64,000 nt of DNA, taken from sequence record MZ443769.1, one strand, 5' to 3'. The translations under genes and the position numbers were made by a program. Below, piece by piece: positions 18,564 through 26,696 of this stretch (positions are counted from its first letter, which is position 1; each line of letters opens with the position of its first letter). Under the pieces are notes generated by a model that made no database searches, had not been told where the DNA came from, and was given only the letters and a program-made list of their open reading frames with translations.

Positions 18564-18901
18564 GACTATTCTTAGTCCTGTTCTCTAATTTCTAAACGTC
18601 GGCAAGTAGTGCTGACGAGACGTTATTGGAGAATAACATGTGCGGACGTAGCCTAGTACGGTTGAAGTATCTCGCACGGTCCTCGAACTGGTGCAACAAT
18701 AAAGTAAACGCTTGTAATAAGCGGAAGGCGAAGCATGTACAGTGTGAAGAATTTCTGGCAGCCACGAAAGGTTGTAGCACTGTCCAACTCTCGCCCAGTG
18801 TTATCTCGTTCTATTGTAATTCTGAACTGGTCGGTCAGACAGTATGGCATGAAATAGAAGGCGATAATTCACTTCAATTCCGTCTGTTACTCGCATAGTC
18901 T
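18563..18901 (+). ncRNA. candidate structured ncRNA (~340 nt)
   Basis: Largest gene-free gap in the core block; many nested helices; ends complementary (AGACTAT/ATAGTCT); followed by a terminator. Confidence 0.5.
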
Positions 18902-18942
18902 AAAGGGCTGTCAGAAATCAATCTGATGGCCCTTTCTCTTTT
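18902..18942 (+). terminator. rho-independent terminator
   Basis: AAAGGGCTGTCAG/CTGATGGCCCTTT stem followed by CTCTTTT. Confidence 0.8.
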
Positions 18943-19006
18943 ATACGCTAATTTTTAAACGTATAAACGCGCGGTGTTCCGCTACCTCACTCTAAGGATA
19001 TTCATT

Positions 19007-19939
19007 ATGTCTTTGATTAAACTCGAAGGCGTTGCATCTACTTCTGCTGTATCAAAAGCACAGAAAGATGCGGCTGTCTACATGTTCGGTTCTAAAGGTC
19101 ACAGCATTGTTGCAGTGCTTGACAAGTTCGCTCGCGCAAAAGAAATTCAGGCGCCGCACCTTGCTGGTATTCTCGCGCTGATGAAAGATGGTGAAGATGA
19201 CGAAATCATCAAATTCACATCGTCCGCTGCTGGGAAGAAGTCTATCGTTGCTGCGAAGCAATTCGCTATTGCAAAAACGTTTACGAACGCAATCAAATAC
19301 CTGAAACTGATTCGCGTTCCGATGAAGTGGATTCCAGGCCACTCTGATACTGCGGCTGCACGTATTCAACAAACCGAAACTATTCGTGCAAGCAAACGCG
19401 CTTCTACAAAACCTGAGAAGCCTATCAAGCTTGATAACCCTCATGCACCTGAAGCCGTAGAGCAAGAACAAACCAAAGCGTCTGCCGCTATCAACAAGAT
19501 TTGGGACCTGTCTAAGTTCAAATCAAATCTTCTTGATTCGTCTTGGTCTGCGTTGATCACTGCATTCAACACAGAGTTCAAAGGTCGCTATGTGTTGAAA
19601 CTGAACAAGCGTGAAGGTGCATTCCGCATCAACACTCTCAATGGCGGTTACTCTGGTCGTGGTGAAGCATTCCTGTCTGCTGCTTTCGAAAACAATTCGT
19701 GGGTAATGTTTGCCAACGACCCTGCGACTAAGAGTGCTGCATTCGATAGTTGGTACGTCGGTCCTAAACTGACATTCGCAACAATCGTTTCGTATCTGAG
19801 CAACGAACTTGCTGGTCCTCATTCCGGTGAGAAGCAAGAGATCGATAAGCTGATCGCTGGCGCTGTTATCTTCCCGCACAATGATCGCTATTACGATGCG
19901 ACAGAAGACCAGCCGAAAAAGACTACTGCAAAAAAGTAG
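19007..19939 (+). CDS. hypothetical protein (310 aa); short product of a putative frameshifting gene
   Basis: AAGGA SD before ATG 19007; ends at slippery A_AAA_AAG TAG. Confidence 0.75.
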   Translation: MSLIKLEGVASTSAVSKAQKDAAVYMFGSKGHSIVAVLDKFARAKEIQAPHLAGILALMKDGEDDEIIKFTSSAAGKKSIVAAKQFAIAKTFTNAIKYLKLIRVPMKWIPGHSDTAAARIQQTETIRASKRASTKPEKPIKLDNPHAPEAVEQEQTKASAAINKIWDLSKFKSNLLDSSWSALITAFNTEFKGRYVLKLNKREGAFRINTLNGGYSGRGEAFLSAAFENNSWVMFANDPATKSAAFDSWYVGPKLTFATIVSYLSNELAGPHSGEKQEIDKLIAGAVIFPHNDRYYDATEDQPKKTTAKK

Positions 19940-19995
19940 TTACCAGTGCACCTGCTGCATACACTCCTTCGGGGAAAAGCGCAGATACACTGGTA
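19930..19995 (+). other. putative -1 programmed ribosomal frameshift signal
   Basis: A AAA AAG at 19930-19936; TACCAGTG 19941-48 pairs with CACTGGTA 19988-95; C(UUCG)G cap. Confidence 0.7.
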
Positions 19996-20640
19996 GACGA
20001 AATCGCAGAAACTCCTGCCAAGAAAATTGCAGCGAAAGGTCTTCGCGAGAAAGAAGAATACTTTGCTGCACTAGCTACGGTGCTAGGTCGTAACTTGCCT
20101 GCATATCGCGTAGAAGCAACGCACGAAGGTGTGACTGTTACACGTGGCTCGAAGGTCAACACTGTGCGTCTCGGCGAAAAAGCTTGGACCATTCAGATGG
20201 GCATCACTGCTAAACTGAAATCACTCGGCGCCAAGTTTGATATCGTTGATCTGCTTGGTATGATTGACAAAGGTATCGCCAGCCCAAAGCTTAAAGCCGG
20301 AGTTCCCGGCCAAGCAATGCCGATGCCTTACTTTGATGCCGTGAAGAAGAACGCGCAAGACGGAACGTATGATACCGTTATCTACATGGAAGCTGATCGA
20401 ATTTATCCTCTGGCGCTCAAGCGTGAAGGGAATATGTTCACAATGAAAGTTTCTATGTTCGGCCCTATTCAGCATTTCATCACTCAAGGTATTCAGGAGT
20501 GTGGTGCAACGCTGACTGGTGTGACGGGTAGATCATTCACGTTCAATGAAGACGATGCCAACGCATTTGAGAAGTGGCTTAAAGCTCAACGTAGACCGAA
20601 GACGCTTTCGACCAAATATCTGATGCCACAGGCTTTGTAG
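19936..20640 (+). CDS. -1 frame extension of 19007-19939 (fusion ~544 aa)
   Basis: Frame open from 19885 to 20640; the GTG at 20080 has no SD. Confidence 0.65.
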   Translation, partial: VVTSAPAAYTPSGKSADTLVDEIAETPAKKIAAKGLREKEEYFAALATVLGRNLPAYRVEATHEGVTVTRGSKVNTVRLGEKAWTIQMGITAKLKSLGAKFDIVDLLGMIDKGIASPKLKAGVPGQAMPMPYFDAVKKNAQDGTYDTVIYMEADRIYPLALKREGNMFTMKVSMFGPIQHFITQGIQECGATLTGVTGRSFTFNEDDANAFEKWLKAQRRPKTLSTKYLMPQAL

Positions 20641-20657
20641 TAGCAACTGCTTGAACC

Positions 20658-20686
20658 AAAAAGGGGTGCCTTCGGGTGCCCCTTTT
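20658..20686. terminator. terminator with UUCG loop
   Basis: AAAAA-GGGGTGCC-TTCG-GGTGCCCC-TTTT. Confidence 0.85.
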
Positions 20687-20763
20687 GCGTCTCTGTACGC
20701 CGTTAAAAGCACTAAAAATCGACCTCATATCGCTACATATAATAGACCGCACATCTGCTGAAC

Positions 20764-20819
20764 TCTGCATATAATAGGCTAAAATAGCGCTAGATTTGAG
20801 GTACTGAATATGATATACT
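20764..20819 (+). promoter_or_regulatory. early promoter (upstream element + extended -10)
   Basis: TCTGCATATAATAGGCTAAAATAG...TGaTATACT. Confidence 0.75.
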
Positions 20820-20866
20820 GAATGCGAGCAATAATGCTCAATACACTGATTGCCAAGGGGCATAAA

Positions 20867-21235
20867 ATGACTACTTATACATCTATCTATGAAATCGCAG
20901 AAGCAATCGACGGCGGCCTGAATTCAGAAGAAGTTGCGCAAGCTCTTAACATCACTAAGCCTCATCGCCAAGAAGTTCTGGTTTGTGGTCTGCAAGAAGA
21001 CTTCGGTATCTACGCGCCGATGATGAACAGCGATGAAAACTATCTGTTTGCTGACACAGACGATTTGTTCTCTGAACATCTGAAAGGTCAAGGCGCTTTC
21101 ACCGTATGCCGCATCTTCACACCAGAAAATGAAATGTTCGATCAAGAAGAAGTCACAGTCGAACAGCTCGGCGAGTTTAATGATTTTGAAACCGCACTCG
21201 CAGCATTCGTATCTGCTATCAACACAGCCGCATAA
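20867..21235 (+). CDS. acidic hypothetical protein
   Basis: AAGGGG SD before ATG 20867. Confidence 0.75.
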   Translation: MTTYTSIYEIAEAIDGGLNSEEVAQALNITKPHRQEVLVCGLQEDFGIYAPMMNSDENYLFADTDDLFSEHLKGQGAFTVCRIFTPENEMFDQEEVTVEQLGEFNDFETALAAFVSAINTAA

Positions 21236-21259
21236 TAAAGACTGACACATAGCAGGCAG

Positions 21260-21296
21260 AAATTCTGATTGTATTTGAACTGCTGCCTGCTATTAT
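21260..21296 (+). promoter_or_regulatory. putative early promoter
   Basis: TTGTAT-16-TATTAT with extended TG; inside a 9-bp inverted repeat. Confidence 0.5.
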
Positions 21297-21345
21297 ATGA
21301 TCTCTAGCGCAATGACGCGCTCAACACTGAACGAGAGAAAACAAA

Positions 21346-21597
21346 ATGACAGACAAGAAAGTAGTTATTGATTTAGTCGCTGACGTTGCATCGCCAACAG
21401 AAGTTGTTTTTGAAGATGGCCAGAAATCATCTGAGTGGCTTGCGCCTTACGATCTGCGTTTGAACGTGTCGCAAACTGTAGGGCCGAACGGCTATCCCGA
21501 AGTTGAAATCATCGGCGACGATGCTAATCTCATTAAGTTCTTCGACGAGCAAATGCCTAACTCTGAACTTTCAGAAAACGACTTGCTCGATCTGTAA
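21346..21597 (+). CDS. acidic hypothetical protein (83 aa)
   Basis: ORF track. Confidence 0.7.
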   Translation: MTDKKVVIDLVADVASPTEVVFEDGQKSSEWLAPYDLRLNVSQTVGPNGYPEVEIIGDDANLIKFFDEQMPNSELSENDLLDL

Positions 21598-21610
21598 TAG
21601 CGCTGCACAC

Positions 21611-21639
21611 AAGAGACGTTACGGCGTCTCTTTTCTTTT
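21611..21639 (+). terminator. terminator with UACG loop
   Basis: AAGAGACGT-TACG-GCGTCTCTT then TTCTTTT. Confidence 0.75.
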
Positions 21640-21664
21640 ATACTAATTGCCAAGGGGCATATTG

Positions 21665-22321
21665 ATGAACGTTTTAAAAACTGCTGCTGACTTTGATCGC
21701 GCTCTGCATAACGCCGTTGTTCTGAACGACACGACTGAGATTGATCAATTCATCTCTGCGTTGAATAACGAGATCAAACGATCTGATATCGTTCTGCGTT
21801 TAGTTGTTGGCCAAGATCCCTCAGATGAAAATTCTGATCTGTCTGTGGCGCCTACGTATATCTCTGCGGCGCGTGTTGCAAACCCCGAAGAAGATCTCGT
21901 TTCTATCTATCTGCCTACTAATCATGAATTCTATGCAGACGAATCAATCAACATTACTGGCACAAGCGCTAGTGCAATCTCAATTAATGAATGCGTCGAA
22001 ATCAATGACAAGACGATTCAAGAAGTCTGCCGCACATTAGCGAAGTATATCAAACGTCGCCCGCCTCTGCTTAAACTGGCTGACGCTGATCGCTCTATCA
22101 TTGAGATGTACAGCGCAGGTCTTATCTCGATGACTGAGCTTGTGCTTGACCTTATGTCACGCGGTATTGGCATTCGTCAAATAACGACAGGCACAACTGA
22201 TGACCCAGCAATCGAAGTCATTGTTCGTCACGGCAAACTCTACTTAGACCTCACACATGATGCAGGCCAAGTCGATGAACACAACTGGCCTGTGCTGCAA
22301 TCAGTTGTTGTGCTAATCTAA
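21665..22321 (+). CDS. hypothetical protein
   Basis: Same ATTGCCAAGGGGCATA RBS block as gene 20867; ATG 21665. Confidence 0.75.
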   Translation: MNVLKTAADFDRALHNAVVLNDTTEIDQFISALNNEIKRSDIVLRLVVGQDPSDENSDLSVAPTYISAARVANPEEDLVSIYLPTNHEFYADESINITGTSASAISINECVEINDKTIQEVCRTLAKYIKRRPPLLKLADADRSIIEMYSAGLISMTELVLDLMSRGIGIRQITTGTTDDPAIEVIVRHGKLYLDLTHDAGQVDEHNWPVLQSVVVLI

Positions 22322-22372
22322 TTCAATACGCCCTGCTGCGGGGCTTTTATATTTCTGTTTGAGAGAATCGCT

Positions 22373-22900
22373 ATGAAAAATCAATACCTCATTATTCGCA
22401 TGAAAGCCGCTGACCTGTACAACAACAAATTTTTAATGCGCGGCTTTGATCGAAAACGTATCGAGCAAGTCATCGGTATCGTTGTCGTTGTGGCTGATGA
22501 ACACAGCACTTCCCTGAAAGACAACATGTATCACCTGTCCAACGTTGGTGTTGAAATGTTAGTTTCTGATACGCAGCAAAAACATGCGCGACTGTTCTGG
22601 AATGACGAAGACCGTCGTGTGATACAAGATGGTAAAACACTTCTGCCTGCGGATTTACGCAAGACGATTGATTCTATGCTGAACAATCGTATGTACCATA
22701 CAGTAGATACTCAAATACCAGAAGCGTTTCGTGAGTGCCACACTGTGTTTGATATTCCGACAGGCACAGAAATGCGTGAACGCATAAATAAACGCTTGCG
22801 TGATTCGCAGAAGAAAGACGTTCTTGATAAATTCACTGTAGAAGAATTATTGCAGCACCTGAAGAAACGTACAGGCGCTAAAATCACACTCGAACTGTAA
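22373..22900 (+). CDS. hypothetical protein (175 aa)
   Basis: ORF track. Confidence 0.7.
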   Translation: MKNQYLIIRMKAADLYNNKFLMRGFDRKRIEQVIGIVVVVADEHSTSLKDNMYHLSNVGVEMLVSDTQQKHARLFWNDEDRRVIQDGKTLLPADLRKTIDSMLNNRMYHTVDTQIPEAFRECHTVFDIPTGTEMRERINKRLRDSQKKDVLDKFTVEELLQHLKKRTGAKITLEL

Positions 22901-22901
22901 A
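22895..22901 (+). promoter_or_regulatory. CTGTAAA motif
   Basis: Overlaps the stop codon, upstream of 22957. Confidence 0.4.
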
Positions 22902-22956
22902 TCAAAACTAACCAATAGCCCTGCATGTGTGGGGCTTTTCTGATCTGGAGAATGCT

Positions 22957-23394
22957 ATGATCTACGAACGCGAAGACCTCGAACAAAAAGACTGCACTGA
23001 ATTACACGCTATTGCTGAACAGCGTGGCTTACTCGCCGACTTCGATGATGAAGACGATGTAGACGAACACCTGCTTATCGGCCTCATTCTTGACGCACAG
23101 AAAGAAGACCTCGATGCTGAGGTCAAAGAGTGTGAAGATCGCGAACGCGAAGAAGACGAAGAGGCAGAAGAAGAATTCTGCGAAGAATGTGGTGGCATGA
23201 TTGGCGATGATTGCGATTGCGATAATGAAGACGAAGACGATGATCACTGCGACGAGTGTGGTGAATCGTTCGACAGCCATGAAGGCCTTGATGAATTCGA
23301 ACAAGACGCGCTCGACAAGCAGCGAGCCGAAAATGATCGCGACCCGCTGATCAATCGTCGTGATGGCCAAGACGGCTCTGACGACTACTGCTAA
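22957..23394 (+). CDS. very acidic protein with CxxC motifs
   Basis: GGAG SD before ATG 22957; CEEC, CDEC; D/E-rich. Confidence 0.75.
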   Translation: MIYEREDLEQKDCTELHAIAEQRGLLADFDDEDDVDEHLLIGLILDAQKEDLDAEVKECEDREREEDEEAEEEFCEECGGMIGDDCDCDNEDEDDDHCDECGESFDSHEGLDEFEQDALDKQRAENDRDPLINRRDGQDGSDDYC

Positions 23395-23438
23395 AACGAA
23401 GAGACACCAAACGAGTGTTTCAATAACTGGAGAACATC

Positions 23439-23780
23439 ATGGACCGCATGATAATCAAAGTAAGCCCTGACGAATTCAACGCTCGTCAGATTCTATTACC
23501 TCACGCTTTACCTTTCACTAAAGAAGAGGCTGTTGTGTTTGTCGTAACGAGCACGAACGAGTTTGGTGGTTTGACGTATGAAGACGCATACCTTATCACT
23601 AAACTCAAAGTGACTGACAACACAACTCCTGGCGGGCCTGCTCAAACGCTTGAAACGCAAGAGTATGGCAAAGTCACATTAGATGAAGCGTGGAAAATTC
23701 CACTCTTGCCTAAAGTGTATATCGTTGAGCCTGTACCTGAACGCGATCAGCGTATCTACTCGCAGACTGAATTCGTCTAA
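23439..23780 (+). CDS. hypothetical protein
   Basis: GGAG SD. Confidence 0.7.
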   Translation: MDRMIIKVSPDEFNARQILLPHALPFTKEEAVVFVVTSTNEFGGLTYEDAYLITKLKVTDNTTPGGPAQTLETQEYGKVTLDEAWKIPLLPKVYIVEPVPERDQRIYSQTEFV

Positions 23781-23785
23781 CTATC

Positions 23786-23812
23786 AAGGGCTGCCTAACG
23801 GTGGCCCTTTTT
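23786..23812 (+). terminator. rho-independent terminator
   Basis: AAGGGCTGCC-TAAC-GGTGGCCCTT then TTT. Confidence 0.75.
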
Positions 23813-23817
23813 CGTTT

Positions 23818-23824
23818 CTGTAAA
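23818..23824 (+). promoter_or_regulatory. CTGTAAA motif
   Basis: Immediately after a terminator and before 23857. Confidence 0.55.
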
Positions 23825-23856
23825 TACTGCTCACGAACAAACAAAAGGTAATCACT

Positions 23857-24216
23857 ATGCGCCGCTCTTTCATTGTATTTCTTATCTCTCAAGGCGAACT
23901 AAACAACGGTCGCTTCTTTCAACCCAAGATGAAACTTGGTGCAGACCTGCTGGCTCACATTGATTGTGTGTTGCTCGTCGTGCGTGATACCAAACACGTC
24001 TACTGCCCTAAGCAGTTTGAGCACCGTGAAAGCGCAGAGCCTGGAATCTATCAGGTTGACTTTGAAGACATGCAAGAAGTCACCACGATGATCAATGCTA
24101 TTCAGGCACTCAAGATGCCTATTGACAGGACTGCACCGATCGAAGAGATTCGCTATTTCTTGCGCACACCAGCACAAGACACAGACCCGTCACTTGTAAC
24201 TTATATCGAGGTATAA
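23857..24216 (+). CDS. hypothetical protein (119 aa)
   Basis: ORF track. Confidence 0.65.
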   Translation: MRRSFIVFLISQGELNNGRFFQPKMKLGADLLAHIDCVLLVVRDTKHVYCPKQFEHRESAEPGIYQVDFEDMQEVTTMINAIQALKMPIDRTAPIEEIRYFLRTPAQDTDPSLVTYIEV

Positions 24217-24486
24217 ATGGCATACGATCCACCTAAGCCGAGAACGAATCTCGGTGCATCACTGGCAGCACGTTTTGGTGTTACTTCTGCTGAGAAGATT
24301 GCGAAGAGAAAAAAGATCTACCCGAAAAACAAAACAGCTTCGTCTGCTGTCACTACTCCGATGTATGTTGCACTGACGAAGCTGGCTAATCGTCGTGGTA
24401 TCTCTGCTGCCCGTCTTATCGAAAGTCTGTTAGAGCGTGAGCTTACCGCAGAGAACATTCCTTACATTGGAGTTCAAGACGAATGA
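24217..24486 (+). CDS. putative ribbon-helix-helix DNA-binding protein
   Basis: GAGGT SD; MYVALTKLANRRGISAARLIESLLE resembles RHH helices. Confidence 0.5.
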   Translation: MAYDPPKPRTNLGASLAARFGVTSAEKIAKRKKIYPKNKTASSAVTTPMYVALTKLANRRGISAARLIESLLERELTAENIPYIGVQDE

Positions 24487-24848
24487 GTCTGCATATTTAT
24501 TGTCGTCTGTATGGCGTACAGCATCGCTTGCGTATCACGGAGCATGATTTCACACGCACACCTAAAATGGTCACTGTGTGTAACGCAGACTTTCTCACAA
24601 TGATGCCTCTTGTTATTGTCGGTGCTGCTTACGACACGTACACGCCGTACAAAATTTTGAAAGCAGGTAAAGCTGATTTTAAGATCAGAAGAATTGAACG
24701 TGTATCGCCAGACAAGTGGCTTTATGTATTCGAAGATTCACAGGGCAATGCGTTCCAAACGTATTTGCAGAGGAGGATGTATGAAACGTATCGGGACAAT
24801 CGTAGCACTCGGCCTGAAAGACAAACAGCCGAAGTCGTGCGACATTGA
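24483..24848 (+). CDS. hypothetical protein (121 aa)
   Basis: ATGA overlap. Confidence 0.55.
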   Translation: MSLHIYCRLYGVQHRLRITEHDFTRTPKMVTVCNADFLTMMPLVIVGAAYDTYTPYKILKAGKADFKIRRIERVSPDKWLYVFEDSQGNAFQTYLQRRMYETYRDNRSTRPERQTAEVVRH

Positions 24849-25416
24849 TATAACACCTGTGTCGAAAGACGACGAATGGGGCTCGCTGAGTCCCTTTCAT
24901 TTAGGACCATGCAGAACACCTGACGGTACGATGTTCTATAACATGGAAAACCTCTGGCAGTACAGCAAAGTGTATGAAGACCATCTGAACAACTCTAACG
25001 ATATCTTTAGTGGTGAAGTTAGTCCAGACTGGTATGCGTGGCATCTCAAAGGTGCTATGTCAAAACAGGCGCATCGTTATCCCATGGGTAAAGGCCAAAA
25101 GCCGTTATTCAGTCGCTGGGGTAATCTGCGTCTTTCTTACGTTCCAGCGCGAAAACAAATCTACGTGCCTGAGTATGCGAAGCTGGTAATTGAACAGAAG
25201 AAGTTCAAACAGCTCCTCAAAGAATATAAGAAAGGTGCTAACATCGTTGTGCGTGATTATGACACCTACGATATTCATAAAGCATATCCTGATTCACGTT
25301 CACCTTGGATAAGTGCGATAGAGAATCCCCATAACAAGTTCGGACACTCATTCGTGATCGCGCTTGCTCTCTTATTTCATGAACGACCTCTCTGGTACAA
25401 TCAATGGGTTTTATAA
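24781..25416 (+). CDS. conserved hypothetical protein (possibly DUF6939/NADAR-related)
   Basis: GAGGAGG SD before ATG 24781; LSPFHLGP, ENLWQYSKVY, ARKQIYVPEY, GHSFV motifs; family from memory only. Confidence 0.5.
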   Translation: MKRIGTIVALGLKDKQPKSCDIDITPVSKDDEWGSLSPFHLGPCRTPDGTMFYNMENLWQYSKVYEDHLNNSNDIFSGEVSPDWYAWHLKGAMSKQAHRYPMGKGQKPLFSRWGNLRLSYVPARKQIYVPEYAKLVIEQKKFKQLLKEYKKGANIVVRDYDTYDIHKAYPDSRSPWISAIENPHNKFGHSFVIALALLFHERPLWYNQWVL

Positions 25417-25778
25417 AAATCAATCGACAAGGTTGTACGCGCATTGTTTTCCTGACAAAGAAGTATGCGATCAAGATTCCTACTATAACAACGTGGGAAG
25501 GATTCGTTCTCGGTATGCTGGGCAATATGAATGAGCGCAGGTGGAAAGACTCTCCTCCTGAATGGTTTATCTGCCCGCTTCTTTATAGCAATCGTTTTGG
25601 TCTGTTGAACATAATGCCTCGTTGCAGTCCAGTCAAGCATCGAGGTTTGTATCTCACGGAACTGAAACGTATCTGTGTGCTTTCACCTCTGTCCGATGAA
25701 TTCTATATGTCAGACGCAAAGCCTCAGAACTATGGAACGTATAAAGGCCGCATGGTCAAACTTGATTATGGGAGTTAA
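25404..25778 (+). CDS. minimal protein-kinase-like protein (124 aa)
   Basis: GCTRIV, YAIKIP, NMNE, SDAKPQNYG and terminal KLDYG in kinase order. Confidence 0.6.
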   Translation: MGFIKINRQGCTRIVFLTKKYAIKIPTITTWEGFVLGMLGNMNERRWKDSPPEWFICPLLYSNRFGLLNIMPRCSPVKHRGLYLTELKRICVLSPLSDEFYMSDAKPQNYGTYKGRMVKLDYGS

Positions 25779-25781
25779 AGC

Positions 25782-26096
25782 ATGATTCAACCTAAATACG
25801 AATGGCGTATGCGTTTTGAAGACCGTGAAGGTAATCTCAACTTACCTGAGTTACCTCCTGATATCGAAATCTATATCAAAGACAACCTCACGCTTCAACG
25901 CATTCCTGTCTTAGTTAACCGCACAACAATCGTAAGCGTTAACGGTAAGACGTGTGGTTGTTTGCAGTGGCTCGATACTGCTAATCTACTCGTTTGGTCT
26001 TCATTTGAGATCTATCGTTTTACGCTGTTTGTCGAACGAGTCACAAGCGTAACCGCATCTGAGACAACCCTGCAATCTGAACAACTCTGCATATAA
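25782..26096 (+). CDS. hypothetical protein (104 aa)
   Basis: GGGAG SD. Confidence 0.6.
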   Translation: MIQPKYEWRMRFEDREGNLNLPELPPDIEIYIKDNLTLQRIPVLVNRTTIVSVNGKTCGCLQWLDTANLLVWSSFEIYRFTLFVERVTSVTASETTLQSEQLCI

Positions 26097-26141
26097 TAGG
26101 CTAAAATAGCCGTTCACTTCTAGACGCTCCTATGCTATAAT
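26086..26141 (+). promoter_or_regulatory. early promoter (upstream element + extended -10)
   Basis: TCTGCATATAATAGGCTAAAATAG...TTCACT-17-TATAAT with TG. Confidence 0.8.
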
Positions 26142-26170
26142 AGATTCAAGCAATAGTGCCTATAAATCTA

Positions 26171-26184
26171 ACGCTGAGGAGCGT
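26171..26184 (+). promoter_or_regulatory. RBS hairpin with GAGG loop
   Basis: ACGCT-GAGG-AGCGT. Confidence 0.65.
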
Positions 26185-26187
26185 ATC

Positions 26188-26631
26188 ATGACTGTATATC
26201 ACATCTCAACTCTGACTTCCCCAGAAGACTTCCTTGAAGCGCGTTTTGGCCACATGGAAAACCTCGTTACTAAAATCAAAGAAGCGTTGAATCGTCCTGA
26301 TATCGAAGTGTACTTAGATGCGGACGACGGGCAGATGCTCGAAGAAGCAAACACAGAAGGTCCAGACCAGAAGATTGACGATAGCCTGATCAACGTTCAC
26401 ATTCGTTATGCAGGTATGTCATTCGATGAATCGACTGAGAAAGGTGTGTGGGATATTCTGCTGGGCGTTCCTCATGTTGATAACGACATGGGCGACTGGA
26501 CGAATTCATACACGCTGTTCATTCTCGATGAAGACATGGACGCTCTTGAGGAAGTTGCGATTGAAAACGGAAATCCTCATATGTTTGAGACTATCGTTGA
26601 TCGCATTAACTTCTGGTTACCTAAACTGTAA
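26188..26631 (+). CDS. acidic hypothetical protein (147 aa)
   Basis: GAGGAG SD. Confidence 0.8.
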   Translation: MTVYHISTLTSPEDFLEARFGHMENLVTKIKEALNRPDIEVYLDADDGQMLEEANTEGPDQKIDDSLINVHIRYAGMSFDESTEKGVWDILLGVPHVDNDMGDWTNSYTLFILDEDMDALEEVAIENGNPHMFETIVDRINFWLPKL

Positions 26632-26633
26632 TT

Positions 26634-26693
26634 GATTTGTGAAGGGCCTTCTCTGAGGGCTCTTTGAAAATCTAACCTAAGCTGAGGAGCTTA
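26634..26693 (+). repeat. intergenic repeat copy 1 (10-bp hairpin + GAGG-loop RBS hairpin)
   Basis: GATTTGTGAAGGGC...CTTTGAAAATC...TAAGCT-GAGG-AGCTTA. Confidence 0.75.
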
Positions 26694-26696
26694 ACA

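Noticed and set aside
18626-18898. 90-aa ORF inside the structured region
   Set aside because: No SD, atypical Cys/Asn-rich composition and poor codon usage; better explained as incidental
18563-18901. tmRNA, group I/II intron or hammerhead identity for the candidate ncRNA
   Set aside because: Short resemblances exist: AAGCATGTA, GAATTTC and CAACTC.CGCC to the tmRNA 3' end as recalled; GACTA/ATAGTC to group I P7; GTGCG and AGCC..GTACGGTT to group II; CTGACGAG to hammerhead. But there is no T-arm, CCA or tag frame, the intron elements are in the wrong order, and no GAAA follows stem II. Infernal would settle it.
20080-20640. Independent gene starting at GTG 20080
   Set aside because: No SD, and the frame is open and protein-like from the slippery site 140 nt upstream; treated as a frameshift extension
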